A DNA stretch of 64,000 nucleotides from Callorhinchus milii (Eukaryota): the NCBI RefSeq assembly GCF_018977255.1, contig NW_024704742.1:67210001-67274000 (forward strand). The letters run 5' to 3'. Made by a program: the position numbers and the translations under genes. Of the stretch, positions 23,245-36,519 are shown one piece after another; positions within the stretch are counted from its first letter, which is position 1, and every line of letters starts with the position of its first letter. The notes under the pieces were generated by a model. That model was not told the DNA's origin. It did not search any database and saw only the letters and a program-made list of their open reading frames with translations.

Positions 23245-24262
23245 ATGTGGAGGGTGTTCCCCAGGGCTCGTTATTGGGACCACATCTCTTTTTGATTTAT
23301 GTATAAATGATCTGGACTTGGGTATAGGGAGTACAATTTCCAAGTTTGCAGATGATACAAAGCTAGGAAAAGTAGTAAACGGTGAAGAGGATAGTAGCAG
23401 TCCACAAGAGGACATAGACAGACTGGTAAAATGGGCAGACACATGGCAGATGAAGTTTAATGTGGAGAAATGTGAAGTGATACATTTTGGGAGGAAGAAT
23501 GAGAAGAGGCAATATAAGCTGATGATACAATCTTAAGGAGAGTGAAGGAGCAGAGAGACCTAAGGGTTCATATAAGTAAATCTTTGATGGTGGCAGGACA
23601 GGTAGATAAAGCTGTTAAAAAAGCATGTGGGATACCAGGCTTTATAAATAGGGGCATAGAATACCAAAGTAGGGAAGTTATGATGAACCTTTATAAAACA
23701 CTGGTTAAGTTTCAGCTAGAGACTGTGTTCAGTTCAGGGCGCCACACTTCAGGAAGGATGTCAAGGCATTGGAGAGGGTGCAAAGGAAATCTACCAGGAT
23801 GGTATCAGGAATGAGGGACTTCAGTTATGAGAAGAGGTTAGAGAAACTAGGATTATTCTCCTTGGAGCAGAGAAGGTTAAGAGGAGACTCAATAGAAGTT
23901 TTCAAGATTATGAGGGGATTCGATAGGATGAACAAAGAGAAGCTATTTCCACTGGCGGGTGGGTCGGTAACCCGAGGACACCAATTTAAAATAATTGTTA
24001 AAAGAAACAGGGGAGGTGAGGAGAAATATTTTCACACAGCGAGTTGTTCGGATCTGGAATGCATTGCCTGAAAGGGAGGTGGAAGCCAATTCGATAACAA
24101 CTTTTAAGAGAGAAGTAGATAATTATTTGGGGAGAGTATGTTTTCAGAGCTAGGGGGAGGGAGCGGGGGAGTGGGATTGATTTGGATTGCTCTTTTCAAA
24201 GAGCCGGCCAGACACGATGGGCCGAATGGCCCTCGTGCTGTATAATTCTATAATTCTATGTT
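23245..24262 (+). mobile_element. CR1 LINE 3' about 1 kb (RT C-half, frameshifted)
   Basis: ISKFADDTKLG, WQMKFNVEKCEVIHFG, RLRGD.IEVFKIM; (attctat)n tail. Confidence 0.95.
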
Positions 24263-26609
24263 CTCTTGTGATCTTATAAGAAAGGTTGGCACGAGTGTTC
24301 AGATGTAATGAAGTCCAATTGTATTTTTTAAATATGATTGTTAATTTATCTTAATGTGACTGCTTAACAAATTCTGGCAAGACATTACACTGTCTAGACT
24401 TCAGCTCTGAGTATGATGGGTGTTAAATTGGCCTATATAAACATGCAAAGGATTAGTATTGGTACAGTGAGAATGAGAAAAGGATCTGACTGAAGCTACT
24501 AATGACTTGAAATTCCCTTTATAGTTATATAGTACAATAGAATCCATTTTCATAGAAACAAGTGAGAGGAAATATTGGCTTAAAATTAATTGCACTGGTT
24601 ATTACTTGACAGATGTAATTTCAAATTGAATCAATTGCATTGCAATCTAAAAGATGCAAAAGTTCTTTGGCACAAAATGTTGATATCCAGCAAATATTCT
24701 AGACATTGAGAAACTGAACTGAGAAGCTGGTTGGAGGGGGTGGGGGAAGAGGAAGAATAGAGTGTAAATTGATCTAAACCTGACTCAAGCACCTGACTGG
24801 GTAGTTACAGGGCTTCAGTGATTGAAATCAGGGAGCATCTTGCCTTTCTTCCACCTCTGGAAGGTGAGAGACAACGAGCAATGTGACTGGATACCAGTCG
24901 TAAACTATGGACCACAATGTAAATCAATGCCCGCTTGAAGCATTTTCCCACAGTATTTCAGACTTACACCAAGCTACTTCTGAAGCTACCCACTGGCTCA
25001 CTAATCTGGATTTGGCTATTTGAACATTGCTAATCACCTTTCTTGCCATACAAAAGTAGTAATAATAGTATCTTGCCTGTCATCCTTTCGACAGCATTGA
25101 GTCCCAAATTAGTTATCATTTTTGTCAAATACAGTAGAATACCCAGTGCAAACTACCAACAATGCCCTGTGGCCTGGGGAGGGGATCGTATTGTGGTAGA
25201 GAAGATGTGAGGTTGATGGAAAAACCAACCAAAAACCATGAGGCTGGGTACTCTGATTCAATGGCTGATTTTTGATGTGTGGGACAAAAAAGGACTTGTG
25301 ACCCTCTTATTCAATTAGCATTTTTGTTATCAGTAGCTCATTTAATACAAGAGTGCTGAAATGAAGCACTAAAATCCAAATTGAACTAGGAATAAAAAAA
25401 AGTTAGACAGCATGAGGTAATGGGTAACTCAACCAGAAAGAATTTACATCACACAAGACTGGAGACACTAAGGCAGGAACCCAAGTTTCCATGAATGTTT
25501 CATTATATCCTTGGACTAAAGTTAATCCACCATAGGAGAAAAATATAGCGATTATACATTTTGTTTTATTACTCTGACTTTGAGGTGACATGTTTTTGAG
25601 GTGATGATTTTATTATGAATTTGTTTTATTAAGAACGAATGAATTGCTGGAGCTTGGTTTCTCTGCATGTTCATTCAGCATTTCTTGGTGGGTGACTCAG
25701 AATTGGTTTGTTTGTAGTTGTTTCTTCTCTCTACGACGCTGTTTTTGAATGTTTGTGTGTCATGGAGCCAGCTGGCAGACCATCAGCTTGCTTCTGTCCA
25801 TGGAAGAGCTAACGCTGGACAAGTGTGGGCAATGGGCAAGTGTTATAACACAGCATGTTGTGATCCTGTCATGGATGGAATATAGGACTTTCTATTTGGG
25901 AGCTTTTCTTGCTAGTGAGAAGAGGAAACTCCATACACTCTGAGCTGCAATTCAGTGTTTTATGAGCCAGTTGTTAGTGTCACTGGCAAGTGCCTGAGAG
26001 CATGTCATATTGAGACAAAGTAGGATAGAAAAATGTGCATAAAATGCAAGGTAATTTTGAATATCCTTGAAAACGCAGTGATATGTCAAAAGTGCATTCT
26101 GCCTATCTACTGGAGATATAGCCTGAAGTGACAACTATGTAAGTCAGTGGGTAATATACACTACTTTGTTCTGTTCTGTCAGTGAATGAAGACTGTTGCC
26201 CACAGCTGTCAATCAGTTGATTATAATGGAAACTATTTTGGCTTGTATGATGTCTGCAATGATTTAGTCTGAGCTGCAACATGTACAATATATGTGTTTA
26301 TTTGAACGGAATGCACCGAGACACATCCGGAGTTTGTTCTATTAGTGTTTAAATTACAGCTTTTGAACTGCTTTATACTAAACTCATCATAAAAATTAGA
26401 ATAGCAGATTAGCGCCTGTTGACAATTGGACCCAATTTCCTTCTATGACAGAAGAAATTAAAATGTACTCCAAACATTTTTTTGCTTAAAATGAGTGGCA
26501 TATAGAGTTTTTGTCTTTTCAGTGTTGCAAAAAAATTCACGAAATACAAGAATTAACATAACCTAGGGTTTATTGCTTGAATATAATTGTTCTCTCTTTA
26601 CTTTTTCAG

Positions 26610-26617
26610 GACCATAA
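26610..26617 (+). CDS. RNF212: RNF212 probable last coding exon (R-P-stop); the exon extends as UTR to 26645
   Basis: Strong acceptor ctctttactttttcAG; phase 1 gives AGA CCA TAA; CAG|gttagt donor after 26645. No homology support is possible for 2 codons. Confidence 0.6.
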
Positions 26618-26869
26618 ATTACTTGGATAATAAAATGCAGAACAGGTTAGTGCTGACCTATTTGGTTTAACATGCTTCAAAGATTGATATTAAAATCTAG
26701 TGCACTTTTGTGATCAGAAATAATTTGCATTTTTATCCCATTGAACTGTCTTCAAGCGTTTCATAGATAATTACTGTTAAATATAGTGAGTGCTTTGTAG
26801 GTAGCAATTTGTACCAGTAAAGTTCCAGAAATGAGATCAAACAGACAATAATTGATTAACTAATCTAGA

Positions 26870-27125
26870 AGACTGTTTGCCAGGACACCGGGAGAAATTC
26901 CCATTTCTATTCAAGAAGGATCTTTAATATCCAAATAGTGTCTTTAAACTGAGTTTGAACTTTGGTTTTAACGCCATGTCGGAATGCTGGCAAATTGACA
27001 ATACACTGCTTCTCCCAGTACTGCCCTGGAGTATCAGTCTAGTCTGAGCTCAAGTCCAAACCTGGGCCTGGAACCTGAACTTTCTGAGCCAGAGTCGATA
27101 GTACCACCAACTGAGTTAAGCATTT
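26870..27125 (-). mobile_element. Deu-domain SINE (degraded)
   Basis: ccaggacaccgggagaaa...accaactgag pattern. Confidence 0.7.
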
Positions 27126-27507
27126 AATCCTGTTATAGAAATCACATTGTTATTGAAATATTTTGCTGCATAAGTCCTCTAAAATAATCGCTAGAAAAGT
27201 ACTTTGTGCCAGAAACTGTTTTCTATAGGGAATCTCCTGTGCATCTTGCTGACTCGCGAGACCTCAGCTCCAAGCAGATCTCCGATCAGAGTCAAGGTGT
27301 TATGTACAGGGGATTTCTTTGCAGAAAACATACTTTATATTGTGAGTCGGTTTGAGTGCTTTTTCAACTGCATCGCCCCAGATTGGGGATAAAATGACTG
27401 AAGCAAATTGATTAAACTTAAATTGATGGGCCTTTAAAAATTACACCAATACATCAGTGACGGCAGTGCATTGAAAACTTCAGCATGATTGAGAGGAGAA
27501 AGGAAAC

Positions 27508-27523
27508 TGTGTGTGTGTATATG

Positions 27524-27555
<32 letters not shown>
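27508..27555. repeat. Compound (TG)n(TA)n(TG)n microsatellite
   Basis: Direct reading. Confidence 0.95.
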
Positions 27556-28216
27556 AAATCCAACTTTACTGGCTTTGGTAACTTACTTTGGTTTCACACT
27601 GGTTCAGTGCATAGTTGTTAGGATGGCTCAATTGGTACCATTCTAGTTCAAGCCCAATTTAGGCTAAGACTCCAGGTCAGTACTGGGGCAGTGTTGATTT
27701 TTTCGGATGTACTACCTTTTATGAGATGTTAAACTCGGGTCCTATTCAAGTATACATTGATGTTCTCATGGCACTGTTTGCAACAAACTTTCTTCTCTTT
27801 CAGTGTCCTGGTCAACAGTTCTGTAAATAAAATGTTGTTCACCTTATTTGTGGAACTTGATCAAAATAGCTATGTTTGCCTACAAAAAATAAAATTGTCA
27901 CTACATATGAAGCACATTGATGTTATAGATGCTAATTCAGATATATGGTTTTTCTGATATTTTCTGGCTATAGTTTAGTTGCTATTTGTGAGTATAATTT
28001 TTGTAATTTGATATGTATGTAACATATAATATTACAACGAAAGCAACAGCTGTTGCACACCAGGTTCTTGTTTCGCACAAAAATGAAATGAGTATTTTTA
28101 AAGTGTGGCACTTTAAACATATCAAACTATTTATAGGTGCAGTATAATAAGTGTACTGCAGAGGTCTCTGCAGACTTTGAAAACACTGCAGTGTCCCTTC
28201 CAAATCACAACTGCTC

Positions 28217-28535
28217 ATAATAATAATAATAATCCTTGCATTTGATATAGCGCTTTTCACGTCTTCTAGACGTCCCAAAGCGCTTCACAGAACACACTGT
28301 AAAGTGAATTGACTGTATATTTGTGGGCGAACGCAGCAACCAATTGCGCACAGCAATGTCCCACAAACAGTCGTGGATTGAAAATGACCAATTTATTATT
28401 GTTTTGTTTTTTTGGAGGGATTATTATTAGGTGTGTGGAATAAGGAAACTTGCCCAAGGTTTCACCCTGCTTGGAATTGAACTCCGGTCTCTCACTTGCA
28501 AAGCAAGTGCTCTAACCACTGAGCTACAGGACTCC
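28217..28535 (-). mobile_element. SINE family A (short variant)
   Basis: Reverse complement of the 37313-37636 type. Confidence 0.9.
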
Positions 28536-31500
28536 ACTGTGCCTATCATTTTGCTAGCACTGCCTCCTGGTCCCGCAAACCTAGAAAATTCATGTTTCCA
28601 TTTGAAGCATTTTCTGCAGCTCTTCAACAATCCGAACATCTAGTTTACATTCCTCTGGGAAGAGTCTTAACAAATTTAAACTTTTATAAATTACACTATG
28701 CCTGAAATGGGTTTTCAAATTGGTACAAGCCATGTTGCATTTTGAAGCAAGTTTGAAGAGTGAAGGTTGAGGCACAAGTTGAATCGACGTGTGGCGATTG
28801 TTAAAAATAGAAAGGTTTTAGTTGTGTCTTTGGATGGGATTTTCCATTAGGTACAGACGTTTGCAGCAGCAACAACAACAACTTGGATTTATATAGCGCC
28901 CTCCATGCTGGACGGCGTCTCAGCGCTTCACGGTAATGGATCCCGGGACCGAGCCAGGGAGAGGGGGAGGAAGGTGACCAAAGACGCGGTCGAAAAGAAA
29001 GGTCTTCAGCAGAGACCTGAGATTAGGAAAAAATTGAAAAAAAAAGAAAAAATTGCAGCACAAATAGGAAACCATTGGTCCCATCCTGCCTTTGCCACCA
29101 TTACTTGTATTATCATATTGTTAATACCATGTTATAGCTTTTTCACCATTACTCCTAATATTTTTACAGCACGGTATTTATGCATTCTATACATGTCATG
29201 CGAAGATTCTTAGCGATCAGCATGGGATAGATCCCTATGCTTCTCTGAACACAATGAGGGTTATTATTGACACAGCGCCTTGGGACGTCCTCCCGACGTG
29301 AAAGGCACTCTATAAATGGAATCTTGTTGTTGTTGACTGAGTTTGTTGCTGTTGATTATGTTGGGTGCTATGAGTTTGTAAACCCTCTGTGTCAATACCT
29401 GGAAATGACGATAGAGAATAACTGCCCACAGGCCAATAAATTTCTTGGCAAGCGGAGAATAATCTATTGAACAGAGTTTTAGCATTGTGTTTTGTTCAGA
29501 CTGATGAACGTGGCTGCAATTTTACTGCTTTGGATTTACTAAAGGCCGACCCCATTGTAATGCAGTGGTGTGAGTCCTCAGACTTTGTATTAGAACATTA
29601 TGTGCCATGAAAATGGATGTTGTTCATTTCTTCTGGGTCAGCAGTTAGCTGCTTATGTCACTTCCTGTGTGCCTCACATGGACGAGCATTTCCAGTGGTT
29701 GCTGAGATTCCTTGACACCGAGTGGTCTTCTGTGCCTGAGTGCTATATGCAGGAAGCTGGCCAATTCCGGCTTCTGATATACAGGTCCACGACCGCACTC
29801 TTTAAGTGAACCTGCGTTAAAGTGGGCGTGATATAGTGGGGTCGGCCATAACAAAGTCATATCAATATCCACTCAGATGAATCACAACGGGAAACATCAC
29901 GCAATCCTAACGCATAACCATGTGGTGTCATTAATTTATAGCTACTCTTCTTGCTGCTGTATTCAGGATTTTTTTCTATGGTTTGGAGTTTTGGAGATAT
30001 GAGATTGGAAACTGTTTTCAGAGTTTACTGTTTTTTGGGCAAATTGCCCTAAATCTAATCTCAAGACCAAACTAGGCTCCACTGGGCAGTCTAAACATAG
30101 CTCAGAGTGTTTCTACGAATAAATGATTTCAATGCTATTATCACTTTCCATCCTCCAGATGTTGTTGGAAAATTGACAAGACTTTCAGCCAAATGAAATG
30201 AACCGATCATTTATAGGATTAGCAATTTACTTGGGATAAGTGTTTATACACTTGTTCAGTGACCAGTGAAAATGTCTTTTGATGTTTTGTGAATTTAAAA
30301 TCTGTAAAAATGATGCCAAGTTGAGAAAGAATTGCTGGACTTCTAGAGAATTGAGTATTGCAGGTCAACAAAGGATTGGGTGGGGGCATTGCCTGTGGAA
30401 TAGCACGGAAAACGTGTTTTTATGAATAAAACTTGGAGACTTGGAGTCTTGTCTTGGAGAAGAAACACAAAGTAACATCTACCTACCTTTGGAGTTTTCT
30501 CCATTCTTGTCACAGGCACCCACAATTGCTGGCATGCTGCAAATAGTGTTGTGTTTGGACGTGTGCAAAATGAACACATGGTGTATTTGTAATAAGTGGA
30601 GGCACCCAAATCCAAGTATAGTGAATAGCCTTTCATTCTGTACACGTTGACTATTCCAATATGCATTAATTCTCATTCGTCTACATTAAAATCTATCCGA
30701 TGTTCAATTGCTCCAGATCTTGTATCTGATTTATCCAATCTTGAGTTTAATTGCTCAAAATAGCTCCACAGCAGCAAATTTTATAGTGTTACAAGGATTC
30801 AATATGATAAAGGTTTTAGACTAGGGATACATGTTAGTAAGTTTGAAGTAAGAGACACAGCAAGGAAACATTTCTGTCATAGTGCAATTAACCTGTGGAG
30901 CGGGTTGCAGGGAATATTATTGAAGCAGATTGTATAAATGAGTTCAAGAACCAACTGGATTTCTGAAGAACTAAAGGAATTAAAGGATGTGTTGAAGAGA
31001 AAAGAAATGTAGTTGACAATGAAACTACATTGCCAATGGGAACAAATGGTAATTTCTATCCTTAAAGCTTCTGATGTGGCCCAGGAATAGGTTTCAACCT
31101 CTGTGTGAACAAAATATGCACAAAGATTTTAAATTCAGTTGGGGGTGCTGGTGGGATAATTTAAATATTAGAAAAGGTAAGTAAAGGGAAAATATAAAAA
31201 AAACTTCTAGTGTGCACTTACTAAAGAAGCTGGAGTGTAATTTGCAAGATTTACAAAAGGATTTGATAACAGTGGATCCTGCAGTTACCTGGATGTTGCA
31301 AACCGACTGTCTGGGAGTCCACTTGTACAACAGCTTTTTGTTGGACACCAGAACAATCCTTTCCTTCAGCTGAGGTCTGTTTTCACAGAAGTCAAAATTG
31401 AGGTCTGCATTTAAGCGGAGTATGAGAGGATACTCCTGCAGGATTCATTATTTACAATCGTTTCCTGTGAATCATAGGAGTGTAGGAAACTGAGAATAGG

Positions 31501-31611
31501 AGGAGGCTGTTCAACCCATCGAGCCTGTTGCACCTCTTTATTAAATCTTAAGAGGTCTTTTAATCCCAATGCCCCACCCTGTCACTGTACCCTTTGTAAC
31601 TTTATAGCCTC

Positions 31612-31920
31612 GGAGTCTCGTAGCATAGTGGCTAGCATGCTCGCCGCTCAAGCGAGAGGACCCGGATTTGACTCTCGGCCGAGGCGAAAACGTAGGCAAT
31701 TTTCCTTACTCCACACCTCTGTTTAGCTAGCAGTAAGTAGGAACCCGGTTGTTAGTTGATTGGCAGATTGCTTTCTGGGGGTAATAATCCCTCCAAATAT
31801 TTAAAAAATGGTGACTCAATCCACGACTGTTTGTGGGACACTGCAATACACAATTGGCCACCATGTTTCACCTGCAAAATACACATACACTTTACAGTAT
31901 ATTCTGTAAAGCACTTTAAG
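31612..31920 (+). mobile_element. SINE family A
   Basis: Same head, body and partial tail. Confidence 0.88.
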
Positions 31921-32026
31921 AAGCTTATAATTAATTCAACCAGCCAAGAATCCTGCAAATCTGACCCCACTGCACTCCAATGTAGGAAATCTAAATTAAA
32001 TGGAAGCTCAATTTTCTGTCTTTCAG

Positions 32027-32445
32027 AAGCTTCAAGATGTGCATCTACCCAACTGCGAGGAAAGAACACAATTTTTATTCAGGACACAAATCTTTGATTC
32101 AGCAGTACAACTTATTGAACGAAGTGTTGAGATGCATGCAAGATGCGTGTTGTATAGTTCATTAATGAGATAATCTGTGGGAATAGTTTTAAAAAAATCT
32201 GTACATTATTTTACATAGTTAAATTGTACTCAGATGTTAGATATATTATCTTCTGTTACACCGAAAAATAAGATTTGGTTGTATTTTCACACAATTAAAT
32301 CAACTAATCTCGGTGATCTCAAATCATCATTTGACATCTTTTGAACATAGATAGCAACTGGACCTCATTCTGTTTGAAAGTAAATTATAACCAGTGAAAT
32401 ATAAAACTGAGTTTGTGCACAATAAAATCTGTTATTAAAGTTTCA
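32027..32445 (+). other. RNF212: Probable terminal (3'UTR) exon of RNF212
   Basis: Acceptor ttttctgtctttcAG at 32025-32026, followed by non-repetitive AT-rich sequence, AATAAA 32421-32426 and ATTAAA 32434-32439. Confidence 0.45.
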
Positions 32446-32779
32446 CCTTCCTGCAGTATGTTTTATCCTATGAAGCTGACCGTGTAAAGGCCTGGCTCAT
32501 TTGGTAGCACTCTCACCTATCTCTGAGTCAGAAGGTTGCGGGTTCAAGCCCGAAGTCAGGAGTTTGAGCTCACAGTCTAGCTGACATTGCAATGCAGTGA
32601 AATTTCAGGCCTTGGGTGAATTCAAATCTTAACAGTTCACATTCGATTTGTACATTTTTCTGGTGAACTTTTTCCTGAAGTGCACAAGGTCCTATAGAGG
32701 CATTGAGCAGAGCAACAATGATGTTCCCCAATTAGGTATAATGAACAATGAGCTTGGGCTATGCAAACTAATAAAGAGT

Positions 32780-33530
32780 TGATTTGCTAGAAATCATAAG
32801 ATTTGGTTGCAAAAGGGCCTTCAGGTGATCTGATCTCATCCTTCCAGAATATCTACTGACCTCCCATCAAGCATCAAGGTGTTTTTTAAACAAGATCAGT
32901 GTCCTGGCCTCAACCACCTTTTTTGGAACCTGTTCCAATTGTTAATTCCCTTTCAGTAAAGAAAAACATTGGTGTTTGTTATTAAGTTGCCTTTTACAAC
33001 TCTAAACCAATGTCCCCTTCTGCTGTTGTTGCATCCTAAAGTATTGCTCTGGGTTTACTTTTACAATCCATCTATAATTTCTACAGGTCTGAGGTCCCCT
33101 TTGAGTCATTGTCTTCAAGGTTGAAGAGCCTTGCAGTTTGTCTAATTGTTGCTCATAGCTCATTCCTCTAACACTTAACACTGCAATCATCGTTGTTGCT
33201 CTCATCTGTCCTGCCTCGGGCCTAGGAAGCCTTATGTCGCAGGGAACAATACTGTACGCAGTGTTTTAGGTGCAGCCTCATCAGAGCATAGTGGAGTTCT
33301 GTAGCTCAGTGGTTAGAACTCTCAGCTCGCAAATGAGAGACCAGAGTTCGATTCCCGGCAGGACAAAATGTGGATTCTGAATGTCAAGTTTAGGATAGAC
33401 TTCAGTAAGCATGTTTTTACACACCGACGACAATCATGCAGCACTGATGAAGGAATGACAAAATATTGGCTTGTACTCTTGGAACAATTAGATGAAATAG
33501 ATCCAAGGGCTTTCTCCATCTGAATATTTC
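32780..33530 (-). mobile_element. Degraded CR1 fragment interrupted by a SINE head (33292-33362)
   Basis: RAT.MI..VRGMSYEQ.LDKL on the minus strand. Confidence 0.7.
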
Positions 33531-34044
33531 ACAATCTTGTATGTAGTTATTTTTTTATCTCCAAGGTACTGGTTGTTGGTAGGTGTTACGTTTCGAGATT
33601 TCCTTCCGAATCTGCGAAATAGCTGGATGTGAACCCCAGAAAGACCTGATTCACCAAGGAAAAGTGGGCAGTAGTGGTGACCCCTTGGAATATAAAGCTA
33701 ATATTAACAGAAAATCATGGCCCTGTGTGCACAATGGCCCCAAGCAATTGCCATTTCCCTTCAGATCATTCCCATAAATCAAGTGGGTTGGAATCAACAT
33801 AACCCTTGACCACAGCCACCCCTACAAAGCTAGTTTCCTGCAAATACTTATAACCCTGTGGGATATTTTCTGTTACTTCTGAATGCAGAAAACTGCAAGA
33901 CGGTTTGAGGGGAGGTGCCTGGGAGGGAGAGACATGTGTGAGTCATACTGGCACCATAACTTTGCTAATAATCCTACTGCCTATAAAGAAGTGGCACCCA
34001 TGTTATTGTCCCTGTTGACAACAGTTTAGTGTGGTTAAGGGTTG

Positions 34045-34620
34045 CCAGCCTGGCTCAATTGGTAGCACTCTTGTCTTCAGGTCAGAAGATTTAGGATTCA
34101 AGCCCCACGTTAGGACTTTAATGTCGCGGTCTAGGCCTGGGGTCTCCACTGGTTGAACGAGTTCGACTTTTTGGAGCATCAAGAAGTGGCCCACCAAACA
34201 CCCACACCAGTCCAGGCAAGTCCGCGCCATATCAATATCTTGTTTCCAGGAGCCACGATACCCATGACATGCCATAAATGAAGAAAAATTCAATAAAGAA
34301 TAAATGATTTGGTTGGCTACCAATGGCATAGGCTGACACTCCAGTACACTATTGGGTATGTGCTGCATCGTGGGAGCTGCAGATCTTTGGGACGTTAAAG
34401 TGAAGTCCGTGTGCATGTTTAGGGGATGTTAAAGATCCCATGGCGCTATTCAAAACCGGTAGGTTTTTTTTTCTCTGGTGTCCTGGCCGATAATCCAGAT
34501 AATTCACTCATTCACTTTATGGCTGTTTGTAAAACCTTGTGTGCAAATTTGTGACTGTGTACTCCATAGCAATTACCTTTGAATATATGATTACTCTATT
34601 AAATGCAAGGATTGAAATAC
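34045..34620 (+). mobile_element. Deu-domain SINE split by a hAT-like MITE (34137-34325)
   Basis: Head cagcctggctcaattggtagcactct; body resumes at taggctgacactccagt. Confidence 0.8.
34137..34325. mobile_element. hAT-like MITE
   Basis: Ends CTGGGGTCTCCA...GGTTGGCTACCAATG resemble CAGGGGTNNCCAA hAT TIRs; 8-bp flanks gtctaggc/gcataggc; interrupts a SINE. Confidence 0.6.
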
Positions 34621-34909
34621 TATTTAGTAATCATTGGTATATGTCTGACATTTACCAAGGGTGCAAGGCTAGCATGAGACATCTGTTTGTATGCTTGAGA
34701 ATAGCTAGATAGGTAACATCTCTTTCCATGTCCAGAAGATTGCCCTAACTGCAACAATTGGTAATTGATTGACCTTAAACTTCTATAACCTCATTACTTT
34801 TATTTTTTCTTTACATAATAATTAATCCTTGCATTTACTTTAGTGCCTTTCATATCTCAAAAAACTTCATAGGATTTACTGTGAAGTGGAGTGCTTGTGA
34901 ATTTTTGGG

Positions 34910-35632
34910 CAACAACAAGATTACATTTGTATAGCGCCTTTCACCTAGGGAGGACGTCCCAAGACGCTGGACAGTGTACAGCATTTCAGACATGAGCTGG
35001 GGTCAGGGAGAGAGAAGGGAGGAGAGGGGAAGGGGGGGTAACCCATGGCATGGTCGAAGAGGAGGATTTTGAGGCAGTACTTGAAGGAGGCTAAGGAGGG
35101 GGTGAGGTGGAGTGATTGGGGGATGGAATTCCAGAGGTTGGGGGCAGAGTGGCTGAAGGCTCTCCCGCCAATGGTGGGGCGGGTGAGTAGGGGGACATGG
35201 AGCAGGCCGGAGCCGACTGAGCGGAGGGAATGGGCAGTTAGTAGTGGGTTAGGAGGTCGCAGAGGTAGGGTGGGGCGAGGCCATGGAGGGCTTTGTAGGT
35301 GAGGACCAAGATCTTGAACTGTATCCTCTGAAGGATAGGGAGCCAATAGAGTCGGGCGAGAATGGGGGAGTTTGGTGTGAGAGAGACCACGGGCTGCAGA
35401 GTTCTGGATTATCTGCAGCCTGCGGAGGGAGGAGTTGGGAAGGCCGACAAGCAGGGCGTTTGCAGAGTTGATCCTGGAGTTGATGAAGGCATGAACAAGA
35501 GTTTCAGCGGCCTGAGGGGCGAGGTAGTGGCGGAGTTGGGCGATGTTACGGAGGTGAGGGAAGGCAGAGCTTGTCATGGCTTGGATGTGGAGAAGAAAAG
35601 ACAGTTGAGGGTCAAACATACACCTAGGTTCC
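34910..35632 (-). mobile_element. L2 LINE 3' fragment
   Basis: ORF 34945-35619 (HLRNIA.LR..L...AAETLVHAF) plus L2 tail. Confidence 0.92.
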
Positions 35633-36519
35633 TAGGTGTTCAGATTCGACAGCCCATTTATACACAGTAATTTCCCATAAATGATCTTGAAATGAATGAC
35701 CAATGTTATTTGTTGTTGGTCACAACGTGGGTGCATTTCTTAGATTTGGTGTGGCTGGTACTATCGTGGTCTTGCCTCTGCGTCAGAAAGTTGGGTGTTC
35801 ATACCACATATTGCTAGTTAACATAACAGCCTTAACTCCCTTCTCTTCAAATAGTGACACAGGATCTTTAATGTCCACCTGTACAGGCAGACAGGAACTC
35901 AGTTTAATTTCTCATCTAAAGGGTGGCACCTCCGACACTGCAGCACACCTCCAGCACTGTATTGCAGTGTCAGACTAGACAGTGGGTTCAAAGAACCCAC
36001 AACTTTCTAACTCAACTGTGCCAGGCTAACACTCTCTGGTTTTGTATCTATATACCAATTGATAAGCCTGTGAGTACCTTCTGCAACAGTGCATCAACCA
36101 TACCATTAGTCCAGATGGACATCATACTCTGATTAGTGGCCACTAAATCACAAGCATGTGTTTGAATAAGTCAGTGAGCAATTCAGAGCAAGTGTGACCT
36201 GCACAGCCACAGTCAGAGCAGTGTTTCTCAAAGGGGATCCTCATGTCATCTGCTAGCATTAGATACAGTTCAATAATCGCCTCCCTGCAGAGCCTCAATC
36301 TCCTTGGGTACTGCTCCTTGTTCGTTCCAGTTTAGCCATTCTGGCCCTACCACCGCTTGGATGGAGTTTTTTGACTTTCCTTAATCTAAGCCTCTTGTTC
36401 ATCACGTTCTCATCTAAAATCTAAAATCATGACAGCAGCCATGATACGATAAAAGCCATGTGGCTGTCCTCTTGTCTTTGATGTTTTCAATTTCATTCAA
36501 TGCAGCTGCTTTCTCCTCC

